Assembly (NCBI GenBank): GCA_038496445.1
Contig: JALMLS010000341.1
Location: forward strand, 1 to 64,000
From: Trichosphaerium sp. ATCC 40318
Taxonomy: Eukaryota; Protista; Tubulinea
Direction of reading: 5' to 3'
DNA length: 64,000 nucleotides
Shown: piece by piece, positions 63,863 to 64,000 of the stretch
Layout of the letters: each line of letters opens with the position of its first letter
Position numbering within the stretch: the first letter of the stretch is position 1
Program-made: the position numbers and the translations under genes
Notes under the pieces: model-generated
Seen by the model: the letters and a program-made list of their open reading frames with translations, nothing else
The model's database searches: none
What the model was told of the DNA's origin: nothing

Positions 63863-64000
63863 TCACATGACAGAACATTTTTTATCATTATTTTCTGTTT
63901 GTTTTCCATCATAACAACTGAATAACCAACCAGCTGCTGATACTTCATGTATTACTATTTGTTTAAAAGCAAGTTAGTACACATCAGAAAAAAGGTACAA
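63863..64000 (-). CDS. 3' end of a second, inverted copy of the Rho GTPase gene (partial)
   Basis: Reverse complement matches 36599-36736 (last intron and exon ..NNDKKCSVM*). Confidence 0.9.

Noticed and set aside
1-64000. Alternative genetic code or U12-type introns
   Set aside because: Stops in fragmented ORFs fall in introns, all three stop codons end genes, and RTATCCTT hits (~36857, 38543, 54754, 57393) do not match needed splice sites

Overview
AT-rich, gene-dense eukaryotic nuclear DNA with many short (~35-140 nt) spliceosomal introns. Donors are mostly GTACGT/GTATGT/GTAAGT, with several GC-AG introns, and the genetic code is standard. Gene content (Dictyostelium-type Cys repeats, a Frizzled/Smoothened-like GPCR, a C2-arrestin, W-rich helical-repeat proteins) suggests an amoebozoan-like protist (inference). 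The ORF track shows only exon fragments; about 25 spliced genes were reconstructed by hand, so some exon boundaries are approximate. Main points: (1) a free-standing, spliced gene for an apparently catalytically dead His-Cys-box (I-PpoI-like) endonuclease domain with a C-terminal coiled coil and TM helix, next to a perfect 27-bp hairpin and degenerate repeats; (2) the palindrome TCACGTGA is strongly over-represented across the window; (3) a vWA/Cys-rich receptor tyrosine-kinase-like gene with two tandem kinase-less, GPI-type ectodomain paralogues; (4) unusual fusions (RPA70N-BTB, non-cleavable ubiquitin-vWA, C2-VIT-vWA-DUF2135, F-box-MORN, NHL-Ubl); (5) three deviant small GTPases, including a Ras and a Rho that both read DTAGP instead of DTAGQ; (6) several inverted duplications with gene-conversion signatures. 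No tRNA, rRNA or CRISPR array was recognised.
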